Origin: an uncultured Actinomycetota bacterium
GTDB taxonomy: Bacteria; Actinomycetota; Actinomycetes; Frankiales; Frankiaceae
DNA length: 64,000 bases
Assembly (NCBI GenBank): GCA_963752645.1
Contig: CAVVZN010000014.1
Span: 502,955 to 566,954 of the forward strand
Reading direction: 5' to 3'
Part shown: positions 56,410-64,000 of the stretch, piece by piece
Layout: each line of letters starts with the position of its first letter
Numbering within the stretch: position 1 is the first letter of the stretch
The notes under the pieces: generated by a model
Seen by the model: the letters and a program-made list of their open reading frames with translations, nothing else
What the model was told of the DNA's origin: nothing
The model's database searches: none
Made by a program: the position numbers and the translations under genes

Positions 56410-56615
56410 TTGCGAGCAAGAGTCGACGGCGCCTCACCGCCCGTGACGGAGTCACGCCGACCAGCTTCGCCGAGTTCGGGCGGCCTGAAAGCGTCGGTTC
56501 CTGCCCAACGAAGCATCCGAGAGCGGCACTTTCGAGTGCGTCTCGCCCCCGTCTGGGTGACGCTGTGAGCTGAGCGTTGGATGCTCCCGCCCGGCCGGTC
56601 GCCGACCAGTGCAGG

Positions 56616-56951
56616 TCACCGAGCGGATTGTCGCGCGGCCAGCAGCAGAGCAGATGAGGCCAGCACGAAGCCGGCACCGGGTGCGAGCGGTCCGACGGCG
56701 TACTTGAACCCGAGGAACCTCCAGAGGATCAGTCCTATGACCAGAGCGGCTACCCCAATGATGAGGTTGATTCGTGCGCCGCGACGCGAGGCAGCCAGTC
56801 GCTCGGGATGGTTGAGAGGCAACTGCCGCAGTCTCGCTGACTCGGCCAAGCTCTGCCTCCCGATCACTCGCTCATCGAGCCGTCGCAGGAATGACATCAC
56901 CGTCGGCTGATGCCCTTCACGTCGACCGCCGACACAATCAAGATCGCGCAT
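56616..56951 (-). CDS. small hypothetical membrane-anchored protein (111 aa)
   Basis: ATG at 56951 preceded by a strong SD GAGGGGAG (reverse complement of the 17-nt motif). Soluble N-terminal region then two TM segments (INLIIGVAALVIGLILW and GFVLASSALLLAA). Confidence 0.4.
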   Translation of the reverse strand: MRDLDCVGGRREGHQPTVMSFLRRLDERVIGRQSLAESARLRQLPLNHPERLAASRRGARINLIIGVAALVIGLILWRFLGFKYAVGPLAPGAGFVLASSALLLAARQSAR

Positions 56952-56968
56952 AGCGGCTCCCCTCTGTG

Positions 56969-58137
56969 TCAAGCGGCGGGTGCGGGGGCCGGGTTAACCT
57001 GTCGCTCGGCGGGTCCGGGAAGTGACTTGTCCGAAGAGTTGGCCGTCGGGGTTGGGTCAGCCGCGCTGGACTTTGTAGCCGCCCCCGAGTGTCCTCCCGG
57101 GCCCGTCCCGACTGCCCGGTCGACGTCGGCGCGGAGTTGTCGGTAGACGACGTCAGAGAGCCGTCGTTTCAGGCAGCGCAGCGCCTCGAGCCGGCTCTTG
57201 CCGGCGGCGATCTTGCGCCGGTAGTAGTCCTGACCGGGGCCGGGGTGCCGGATCTGACTGACGGCAATGATGTGCAGGGCGTGGTTGAGCCGGCGGTTGC
57301 CACCGCGGTTGAGCCGGTGGTGCACGGCGTCGCCGCTGGACGCGTCGATCGGCGCGGTGCCGGTGTAGCTGGCGAAGTGGTGCCGGCTCGGAAACCGGCG
57401 CACGTCACCGACCTCGCCCAGGATGGTCCCGGCGACAACCGGGCCGACGCCGTAGATCTCGGGCAGGCTGGTGCCGTGTTCGTCGAGGACCTCGGCGATC
57501 CGCTTCTTCATCTCCTTGATCCGGGCATCCAGCGCCACCAGGTCGGCGAGGTGCTCGAGCGCGAGCTGCTTGCGAGCCTTGCCAACTGCGTCCCGCGGCC
57601 GCACCGAGGAGAGCAGCTCCTTCGCTTTACGTGCTGGTCAGGCGGGCGGCGGCACCGCCAGGAGTGAGCTCGACGAGCAGCCGGTGCAGCCGGTTCACGG
57701 TCGCAATGCGCTGCTCGACCAGTTCGGTTCGCCGGTCGCAGAGCAGCCGAAGCACGGTGATTGTGTCGTCCTGGCGCACCTCGGCCAGCCGGGTCCCGCG
57801 CAGCCCGGCGACGGCGATCGCATAGGCGTCAGTGTCGTCGGTCTTGCGAGCCGCTGCCGCCACCGAGCGCGCGGACCCGGGCCGAGAGCTTGGCGGGCAC
57901 GTTCAGCACCCGTTCGCCGTCGGCGACCAGCCGCTGCGCCAGGCTCAACCCAACCCCGGCGGCACCCTCGACGGCCCAGACCCGATCCCGATGGGCGGCG
58001 CCGAACCGACGCAGCTCCCGGTAGCCGTCCCGGTCGTTGTCGAACCGCTGCTTGCCCAGCACCCGCTCGCGGTCGTCGAGCACCAGCGCGGTGTTGCTGC
58101 GCTTGTGCGGATCGACCCCGATCACTACCTGGCCCAC
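56969..58137 (-). pseudogene. IS110 family transposase with two frameshifts
   Basis: MGQVVIGVDPHKRSNTALVLD... / ...RKTDDTDAYAIAVAGLRGTRL...VNRLHRLLVELTPGG / ...VRPRDAVGKARKQLALEHL...NRRLNHALHIIAVSQIRHPG...RRLSDVVYRQL. Confidence 0.6.
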
Positions 58138-58495
58138 GAACCCTCCCGTTGTCGTCGTTGGACGGCAGGGAGGGCAGTGCTACTTCGAGCGCAGCAGACC
58201 CCTCTTGAGCCACTCCCGGCCTGACGGTGCCCGGCGGGTCAGCACTCCGTTAGTGGGCCACACGAAGCCGTGGGCAGCCGGATAGCGAGCCTCACCGCCG
58301 AGCACCTCACCCGCAGCCTGGCCGGGCCGCGAGCTGCCCCCAGTGAACAAGTAGCCGGATACCGCGCGCCTCGCGACCCCCTGCTGGCGTCCGAGGGAGT
58401 AACCGACCACGCCGCAGGTCTGTGATGCCACAGCCGGGGCCAACGACCGCGCGCGCTCGGCACTTATGCCGGTGATCCGTCAAGGCGGGGTCGGG
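58138..58495 (-). ncRNA. candidate bridge-RNA-encoding left end (5' leader) of IS110 copy C (speculative)
   Basis: Homologous to the copy-B leader and long enough (~350 bp) for an IS621-type bridge RNA. Confidence 0.2.
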
Positions 58496-58523
58496 TTATG
58501 CGGGTGATGGGTCATGCGGTGGC

Positions 58524-58574
58524 GGCACTCGGCCGCGACCGCGGCATGGTCACTCGGGTCGCGACAGCGGCATG
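58524..58574. repeat. two tandem ~25-bp direct repeat units (cactcggccgcgaccgcggcatggt / cactcgggtcgcgacagcggcatggt)
   Basis: Read directly; the units are about 85% identical. Confidence 0.4.
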
Positions 58575-58768
58575 GTCGGGACGCAAAGTCCAGTGGGGAC
58601 TGCGGCTGCTATCGCCGTGCCTCCTGGCGCGGGCGTCAAGAGAGCGGGGGCGCCGCGGGTGAGCAGCTCAGACCGGATCGGTCGTCGTGATCCGAAGATG
58701 GGCCGCACCGTGTATCGGAGCAACGATCCGCATGCGGAACGCCGCGTGATCACTCCCGCGCCGAGCGG

Positions 58769-60250
58769 TCACCTCCGGGGTGACCGCTCGGTGTCCGGAT
58801 GACTAGGCCGGGGGTTGGGCGTGCCGGTGGCGGGCGGTGCAGGGCGGATGTTGGCGTTGTGGTGGAAGGTGTTCTGCGGGTCGTACCTCGCCTTGAGCTC
58901 GGCCAGCCGGTCGTACTTGCGACCGTAGATCGCGCGCATCCGGGCGTCGTCGTAGTCGGCAACGCCGTTGACATAGCTCGACTCCTCCTCGGGCGCATCG
59001 GGCTGCAGCGTGTCCCACAGGGCCCGGACCCACGGGCGGTCCGCCTGCTCCAGCTCAGCGGTGGGCGCGACGTCGATGATGAAAGCGCCGAGCTTGGGTG
59101 TCCTGGTGCCCCCGAAGGACGTCGCGTCGTCTGCGGTCGCGCAGAAGCCACCGTCGAGCGGCATGAGGATGACGTGGCTCAGCGGGGAGTTCTTCCTCGG
59201 CAAGTGCTCGGCGATCGCCTCGATTGCGGTATCGCTGAGCGATGTGAGGTACGTGCCCTTCTCGTAGGCGTGCATACCCCAGGCGTTCGGCTCGTCGATA
59301 AGCTGCTGCAGCGCGACGTACGGCATCGGCGTCTCCATGGCGGCCAGCGGCGCAGCCAGCCCCGCCCGAAGCCGTCCGGTGAGCTCGGTGAGCAGTTCCG
59401 GTCCGGCGAAGCTCACGGCCAGGACCGCCAGCCCTGGGCTGAAGTGGAGCTCCGGCGGGACAAACGGCGCCGGCGGGGCATTGAGCCCGACGACGAATAC
59501 CGTGGTTTCGGGGTGCAAGCCCGCGTACAGCTCACGCGCGCGGCGCAGCACATCGCGGCGCTCGTCAAGGGCGAAAAAGTAGAACCCGAAATGCACGACC
59601 GGGTCGAGCTCGTGCAGCCGGAACACGAACTCGGTGACAACGCCGAAGTTCGTCCCGGCGCCGCGCACCGCCCAGAACAGGTCGGGCTCCTGCTCGGTCG
59701 AGCAGCGCACGACCCGGCCGTCGGCCAGGACGATCTCGACCGACTCGAGGTTGTCCAGTGCTAGGCCGAACTTGCGGGTCAGCCACCCCATGCCGCCGCC
59801 GAGCGTCAGCCCGGCCACGCCGGTGTGGCTAACGGTGCCAGCGGGCGTGGCCAGGCCGTGCGCGGCGGCGGCCGCGTCCAGCTGTCCGAGCAGCGCCCCG
59901 CCACCGACGCGCGCCCGCTTGGCCTGCGGGTCGACGGTGACCTCGTTCATGCGCGACAGGTCCACTACCAGGCCGCCGTCGTTGATGCTCGTGCCAGCCG
60001 GGTTGTGCCCGCCACCACGGACGGCGATGTCCAAACCGCGTTCCTGCGCGAAGGCCAGCGCCGCGACCACGTCGGCGGTGCTCGTGCAGCAGGCGATGAC
60101 GGCCGGGCGACGGTCGATGCCGGCGTTCCAGCGCCGGCGGGCGTCATCGTAGTCCGGATCGTCAGGGGCGACGACGGCGCCACCAAGCGCGTCGCGCAGT
60201 GGCGCCAGTACGTACGGGGGCAGAGTGACAGCGGTCATGGCCGACAGCAT
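58769..60250 (-). CDS. FAD-binding oxidoreductase (PCMH-type FAD-linked oxidase, berberine-bridge-enzyme-like)
   Basis: ...IACCTSTADVVAALAFAQERGLDIAVRGGGHN... (FAD-binding PCMH) and C-terminal ...ELKARYDPQNTFHHNANIRP (BBE-like). ATG at 60250 with a GAAGGG SD. Confidence 0.75.
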   Translation of the reverse strand: MLSAMTAVTLPPYVLAPLRDALGGAVVAPDDPDYDDARRRWNAGIDRRPAVIACCTSTADVVAALAFAQERGLDIAVRGGGHNPAGTSINDGGLVVDLSRMNEVTVDPQAKRARVGGGALLGQLDAAAAAHGLATPAGTVSHTGVAGLTLGGGMGWLTRKFGLALDNLESVEIVLADGRVVRCSTEQEPDLFWAVRGAGTNFGVVTEFVFRLHELDPVVHFGFYFFALDERRDVLRRARELYAGLHPETTVFVVGLNAPPAPFVPPELHFSPGLAVLAVSFAGPELLTELTGRLRAGLAAPLAAMETPMPYVALQQLIDEPNAWGMHAYEKGTYLTSLSDTAIEAIAEHLPRKNSPLSHVILMPLDGGFCATADDATSFGGTRTPKLGAFIIDVAPTAELEQADRPWVRALWDTLQPDAPEEESSYVNGVADYDDARMRAIYGRKYDRLAELKARYDPQNTFHHNANIRPAPPATGTPNPRPSHPDTERSPRR

Positions 60251-60572
60251 GACCCTTCGCCGGGTCAGCGGAAGCGGGATATCCGAAACTGACCGCGGGA
60301 TCGTCCGGAGTGTTCGCCCCACGGGATCGGCCGGGGCCGCCGGGTCAGGCCTCGCCGCGCCGGGCCGCACAGCTTGGCCAGCGCTGAACGCTATAGGCCG
60401 CGCAGATCGCCGGATACCGAGCGCTCTGACGCCTGCACGGAGTGCCCGACCACGCCGCTGGTCTCGCTCATGCCGAGGTCGCTTGAGAGGCGAGCGCTCA
60501 TCGCGGCATGAGCGGACCTCGAAGGACGGCCGGAGAATGCCCTCGGCCTATGCCTTCACCCGCCCGCCGCAC

Positions 60573-61691
60573 TCAAGTCGTCGAGCCGCCAAGGGCGCGG
60601 CCGAGCAGACGCGTCTGCGCGATCGCATGACGAGCGTCCTGCCCGCTGACGATCACCCGCTGTCCGATCTGTAGCGGCGAGTCCGGAACGGCCCGGAGGT
60701 AGCGGTCGTCCACGACGCCGCCATTGTGGACGTGTACGTGTCGGGCGGCCCACAGCCGCTTCAGGTCATTCCACCGGAGGCCGTCCGTCGTTCGGAGATC
60801 GATGGCTAGGTGCGCAGCAAACAGGTCGGCCAGATCATCCAACCGCTGGAAAACGTTGCCCTTGCCGCGAAGGAGGGCGCTTGCGTTAGCGACCCGAGCG
60901 GTGAAGGCCTCCTTCGCCAGGGTCTCGATCATCCCGATGACGCTGCCGAGTGTGTCGACGTAGATCCGGTCGAAGACTCCCTGCTCACGGAGCGCCGGTA
61001 CCGCATCGGCCGATATCGAGCCGAGGGCGTCGAGCTTGGCGGTCTCGGCAGCCAGAGCATCTGCCGCCACGTCGGCTGCGCTGAGCTGCCCACTGAACGG
61101 ACAGAAGCGATGGTCGCCGAAGACGGCGTAACGGACCTGGCACGTCGGGCAGGTGCGCTCGCGGATCAAGGTCTCTTCGTCGATGCCCGGGAGGGGTCTC
61201 GGATAGAACGGCTTCGACCGGTACTCGACGCGAATGAAGTGGTTGTTCCGCGTGCTGTGCGCCATGTCGCGGAAGGCCCGGCCGATAGTGTTGTCGATCA
61301 GCTGCAGTCCTGCGTCCGACGCGACCTGCATGAGCCGGTCCTTCTGCTGCTGCGTGATGAACTCGCTGTGCGATGCCTGGTGCCCGCAGTAGGTGCACCA
61401 CAGGACGAGTCCTTCCGGCGCCGCCTCGTAGTCCTGGTGATTGACGCGAAAGATCTGCTGGCATGACGGGCATTGCCGGCCGAGGTAGCCGTGCTCGTCG
61501 AGCGGAATCGACACCTTGAAGACGTCGTGACCGTGCTCGTCCTTGCCTTCGTAGCTCGCGCCCTCGTCCGTCCGGAAGTTCATGGCTCCATAGTGCTGCG
61601 GGTCTCCGACGATTGGGCCGGTCTGCGATGTCTCGAGCAGCTCGGTCTTCATCGCGTGGAGCCGCGCTTCCCGTGAGGACGGGATCATCAA
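60573..61691 (-). CDS. hypothetical protein with two treble-clef-like zinc-ribbon motifs and a C-terminal HEPN-like Rx4-6H motif; function unknown
   Basis: 372 aa. Motifs CPSCQQ-x19-CTYCGH, CPTCQ-x13-HRFC and C-terminal NDLKRLWAARHVHVHNGGVVDDRYL. GC about 62%, against about 72% background. Codons include many A/T-ending Lys/Asn/Phe/Tyr codons. Confidence 0.6.
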   Translation of the reverse strand: MMIPSSREARLHAMKTELLETSQTGPIVGDPQHYGAMNFRTDEGASYEGKDEHGHDVFKVSIPLDEHGYLGRQCPSCQQIFRVNHQDYEAAPEGLVLWCTYCGHQASHSEFITQQQKDRLMQVASDAGLQLIDNTIGRAFRDMAHSTRNNHFIRVEYRSKPFYPRPLPGIDEETLIRERTCPTCQVRYAVFGDHRFCPFSGQLSAADVAADALAAETAKLDALGSISADAVPALREQGVFDRIYVDTLGSVIGMIETLAKEAFTARVANASALLRGKGNVFQRLDDLADLFAAHLAIDLRTTDGLRWNDLKRLWAARHVHVHNGGVVDDRYLRAVPDSPLQIGQRVIVSGQDARHAIAQTRLLGRALGGSTT

Positions 61692-61781
61692 GTCCTGTTG
61701 GCCGACGCCCTCGAATCCGTGCCGCCCTCCGGGTGTACGCGCGGATAGCGGGAAGCGCGTGCTCCTGCTCAGCGGTGATGG

Positions 61782-62115
61782 TCAGGCGACCGGAGAGCCG
61801 AAGCGAATCACGTTGCCGTCGAGATCCACGAGCGCACCTTCACGCTTGCCCCACCCCGTGTCTTCTGGCGCAGAGACCGCTCCCTCCCCCACCCCCGATT
61901 CCCACTCGGCAGCAAGACTGGTCAGCATCTTCGACGAGCAAAAAGGCCGCGCTGGTTCCCTCCTGACCTTCTTGGGCCAACCCCAGGTGGGTCTCGATCT
62001 TGCCGCGGGTGGCGAAACCGTAGTCGGCTGCCTGGTAACGGCGAACCGCAGTGCCCAGTCGTTTTGCTAGAAGTCGATGGCCGCTGTTACGTCCCGCACG
62101 CGAAGATGGGGGCAA
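61782..62115 (-). pseudogene. VOC/glyoxalase-family gene remnant (N-terminally truncated and frameshifted)
   Basis: Frame 1: ...YQAADYGFATRGKIETHLGLAQEGQEGTSAAFLLVEDADQ. Frame 2: ...EDTGWGKREGALVDLDGNVIRFGSPVA* (typical VOC C-terminus). The two frames join around 61840-61880. Confidence 0.4.
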
Positions 62116-62327
62116 TCCGTTCCATCGTCAGAGCGTTGCAGAGATCGACGCGGGGCCCAAACAGCCATACCCATCGCCGATCGGCATGCCATTGACGTCG
62201 TTCTCGGCACTCGAAGAGAGCCGGCCGACCAACCGAATCTCGGCAGAAGCGGGGAATGACCCACCACGCCGCTAGTAGGCGACTTGGACGTTGCAGCCGG
62301 GAGTAGCCGGTCGGACCCTCGCCCGTC

Positions 62328-63233
62328 ATGGCCACCACCGAGCTGCTTCCTAGCAGCACCACTGATCCGGTCCGTCTCGCCGTCGCGGCCTATCTGGCCC
62401 GGTACAAGGGCTGGTCCCGGCTGCATAACGAGAGCGACCTGCGCTGCTACCTGAACTGGTGCGCCCAGCATCGGCTGCCGCCATTGCAGGTCCAGCGAGC
62501 GCACGTCGAACTGTTCCTGCGCTGGCTGCAGGAGGTCCGCCGGCTTCAGCCGTCCACTGTTGCCCGTCGGCTGGCCGTCGTCGCCGGCTTCTACCGCACC
62601 TGTGTCATCGACGGCACCCTCACCCACTCCCCGGCCGACTACGTTCGCCGGCCGCACGTCTCGACCGACTCACCCACCCTCGGGCTGACCCACCTGCAGT
62701 TCGAAGCCCTGCTTTCCGCCGCCCGCACCTCCACGAACCCCAGTGACTTCCCGCTGGTCTGCCTGCTCGGCCTCCTCGGCCTGCGAGTGTTCGAAGCCAC
62801 CGGCGCCAGCATCGGCGACGTCGGGGAGGAACACGGCCACCGCGTACTCCGGGTCCACGGCAAGGGCGACAAGACCGTGCTCGTGCCCCTGCCACCCGCC
62901 GTCGGCCGTGCTGTGGACCAAGCCATCGGCAGCCGGCAAGGCGGCGCCCTGCTGCTCAACACCCGCGGTGCACCGATGGACCGGCAAGCCGCCACCCGCC
63001 GGCTCCGGGCCCTGGCCCGCGCAGCCGGTCTCCGCACCGTGCGCGTGCATCCGCACATGCTGCGCCACACCTACGTGACCACCATGCTCGACGCCGGCGT
63101 TGACCTCCGTGACGTCCAGATCGCCGCCCGCCACGCCGACCCCCGCACGACCATGCGCTACGACCGGGCCCGCAACAACCTCGACCGGCACCCCAACTAC
63201 ATCCTTGCCGCCTACATGTCCTCCGGCACCTAA
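62328..63233 (+). CDS. tyrosine-type site-specific recombinase/integrase (XerC/D-like, 301 aa)
   Basis: C-terminal catalytic box RVHPHMLRHTYVTTMLDAGVDLRDVQIAARHADPRTTMRYD (R..H-x-x-R...Y). N-terminal SAM-like domain. Confidence 0.8.
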   Translation: MATTELLPSSTTDPVRLAVAAYLARYKGWSRLHNESDLRCYLNWCAQHRLPPLQVQRAHVELFLRWLQEVRRLQPSTVARRLAVVAGFYRTCVIDGTLTHSPADYVRRPHVSTDSPTLGLTHLQFEALLSAARTSTNPSDFPLVCLLGLLGLRVFEATGASIGDVGEEHGHRVLRVHGKGDKTVLVPLPPAVGRAVDQAIGSRQGGALLLNTRGAPMDRQAATRRLRALARAAGLRTVRVHPHMLRHTYVTTMLDAGVDLRDVQIAARHADPRTTMRYDRARNNLDRHPNYILAAYMSSGT

Positions 63234-63750
63234 AACCGACGGCATCTGCCGATGGTCGCCCGCCCGGGGGCGATCAGCACTTCTGCGCGTAGGCGGGGTG
63301 GAGGGCGCCTCGCGGCAACACAGCCGCTGTCGGCGATGAAGCTGCGCGCGGAGTGGCTGGGTCGGTCCCCCGAGAGCTCTAGCTCGTTCACGACTGTCGC
63401 GTGATGGCTGTGCATCCGCGGCCCGGCCACGTCCCCAAATTCGGCAGGGGCCGGGGCATCTCCGGCGGTCCGCCACGGCGAGATCGGACAGTGGATCGGC
63501 GCCGACCACATCGAAGCGCACACGGACGTGCCGTTCGAGAACGACGCTTCACCCCGGACAGCTCAGGCGACCAGGTGGGCGCTCGTCAGCAGGAACCCGG
63601 CGGCGGCTAGCACGACGCCGCTGCTTGCGCCGGCAGGCAGGGCACCTGCGCACGGCCTCAAGGCACGCTCCGGCAACCCCCACTCGGCGACGCCGTTGAC
63701 GATCCGGAAGTACGCATCCGAGCGGATACTGGGGCAGGACCGGGTCGGAG

Positions 63751-63807
63751 AGCACGACTCCAGGACGTTCTCGTGCCGTACACGGGAACGTCCTGGAGTC
63801 GTCCTCC
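63751..63807. repeat. long imperfect inverted repeat / hairpin (26-bp stem with 2 mismatches, 5-nt loop ccgta)
   Basis: Left arm gagcacgactccaggacgttctcgtg; right arm cacgggaacgtcctggagtcgtcctc. It produces the mirrored plus and minus ORFs 63528..63812 and 63549..63833 in the track. Confidence 0.5.
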
Positions 63808-63849
63808 CGTAGCCGTTTCCCGGAAGCCTTCAAGGGCTAGAGGTCGGGC

Positions 63850-64000
63850 ATGGACGTCGAGGAGTTCACTCCCTCCGCCGAGCAGTACGCCTACACCTTC
63901 GGTGGGGTAGCGCCCGTCCGACGGGTTCGCCCCGGCGCGACACTTCGGCTCTGGTCCGACGACGCCTTCGGCGGTGCGCTGCGCAGCGTCTCCGACCTCT
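63850..64000 (+). CDS. acetamidase/formamidase (FmdA/AmiF) family protein, N-terminal fragment continuing beyond window end (tentative)
   Basis: MDVEEFTPSAEQYAYTFGGVAPVRRVRPGATLRLWSDDAFGG resembles the FmdA_AmiF N-terminus (...YTFGP..PV..V.PGD.V...T.D). Confidence 0.4.
   Translation, partial: MDVEEFTPSAEQYAYTFGGVAPVRRVRPGATLRLWSDDAFGGALRSVSDL

Larger units (their letters stand above)
56969..58495 (-). mobile_element. IS110-family insertion sequence, copy C (transposase broken into three frame pieces), same subfamily as copy B
   Basis: Transposase pieces 56969..57604, 57627..57863 and 57829..58137. The ~350-bp upstream leader is conserved with copy B. Confidence 0.6.

Noticed and set aside
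63234-63750. Possible small membrane ORF on the minus strand (…GVVLAAAGFLLTSAHLVA) and ORF 63230..63523
   Set aside because: Under 60 aa without a clear start, and it runs into the hairpin. Insufficient support.
61700-63850. tRNA gene next to the tyrosine recombinase (typical integration target)
   Set aside because: Scanned both flanks for T-loop/anticodon-stem signatures (GGTTCGAATCC-like); none found. The integration site is not an obvious tRNA.
1-64000. CRISPR arrays or rRNA operons
   Set aside because: No regularly spaced direct repeats and no rRNA-like conserved stretches. The only tandem repeats are the short ones reported at 29039 and 58524.

Overview
This is a high-GC (about 70-72%) actinobacterial chromosomal segment, with about 55 protein-coding genes called by translating both strands. 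Long Arg/Ala-rich ORFs antisense to real genes are treated as shadows.

The first ~52 kb look like ordinary chromosome:
- A penicillin-acylase-family gene running off the left edge.
- A minus-strand operon of an acuC-type deacetylase, a Pat-type GNAT/NDP-forming acyl-CoA synthetase fusion (protein lysine acetyltransferase) and a gamma-glutamyltransferase.
- Two patatin-like phospholipases and an alpha/beta-hydrolase esterase.
- A rifampin ADP-ribosyltransferase (arr) convergent with an ABC-F ATPase.
- A PrpE-like acyl-CoA synthetase and three aldo/keto reductases.
- A TetR/MFS divergent pair, a NfeD/flotillin pair, a Ser/Thr kinase, HrpA helicase, and several mycothiol-era DinB/MDMPI and VOC proteins.
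- A GT4 glycosyltransferase that is frameshifted as sequenced.

From ~52.4 kb to ~63.8 kb the character changes to a mosaic accessory island with GC dropping locally to ~60-66%:
- Three IS110-family elements lie head-to-tail on the minus strand. One is intact with 15-bp inverted repeats; two are related copies with frameshifted transposases.
- Each has a long non-coding end that I flag as a candidate bridge-RNA region.
- A 17-nt motif abuts the ends of two of the elements.
- There are orphan IS-end-like fragments and lower-GC cargo: small membrane ORFs, a BBE-like FAD oxidase, and a 372-aa Zn-ribbon protein with a C-terminal HEPN-like Rx4-6H motif. That protein is my best candidate for a novel defence or toxin gene.
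- The island also holds a degraded VOC pseudogene, a tyrosine recombinase and a 26-bp-stem hairpin.
- The window ends in a partial formamidase/acetamidase-like gene.

No rRNA, tRNA or CRISPR array is evident.
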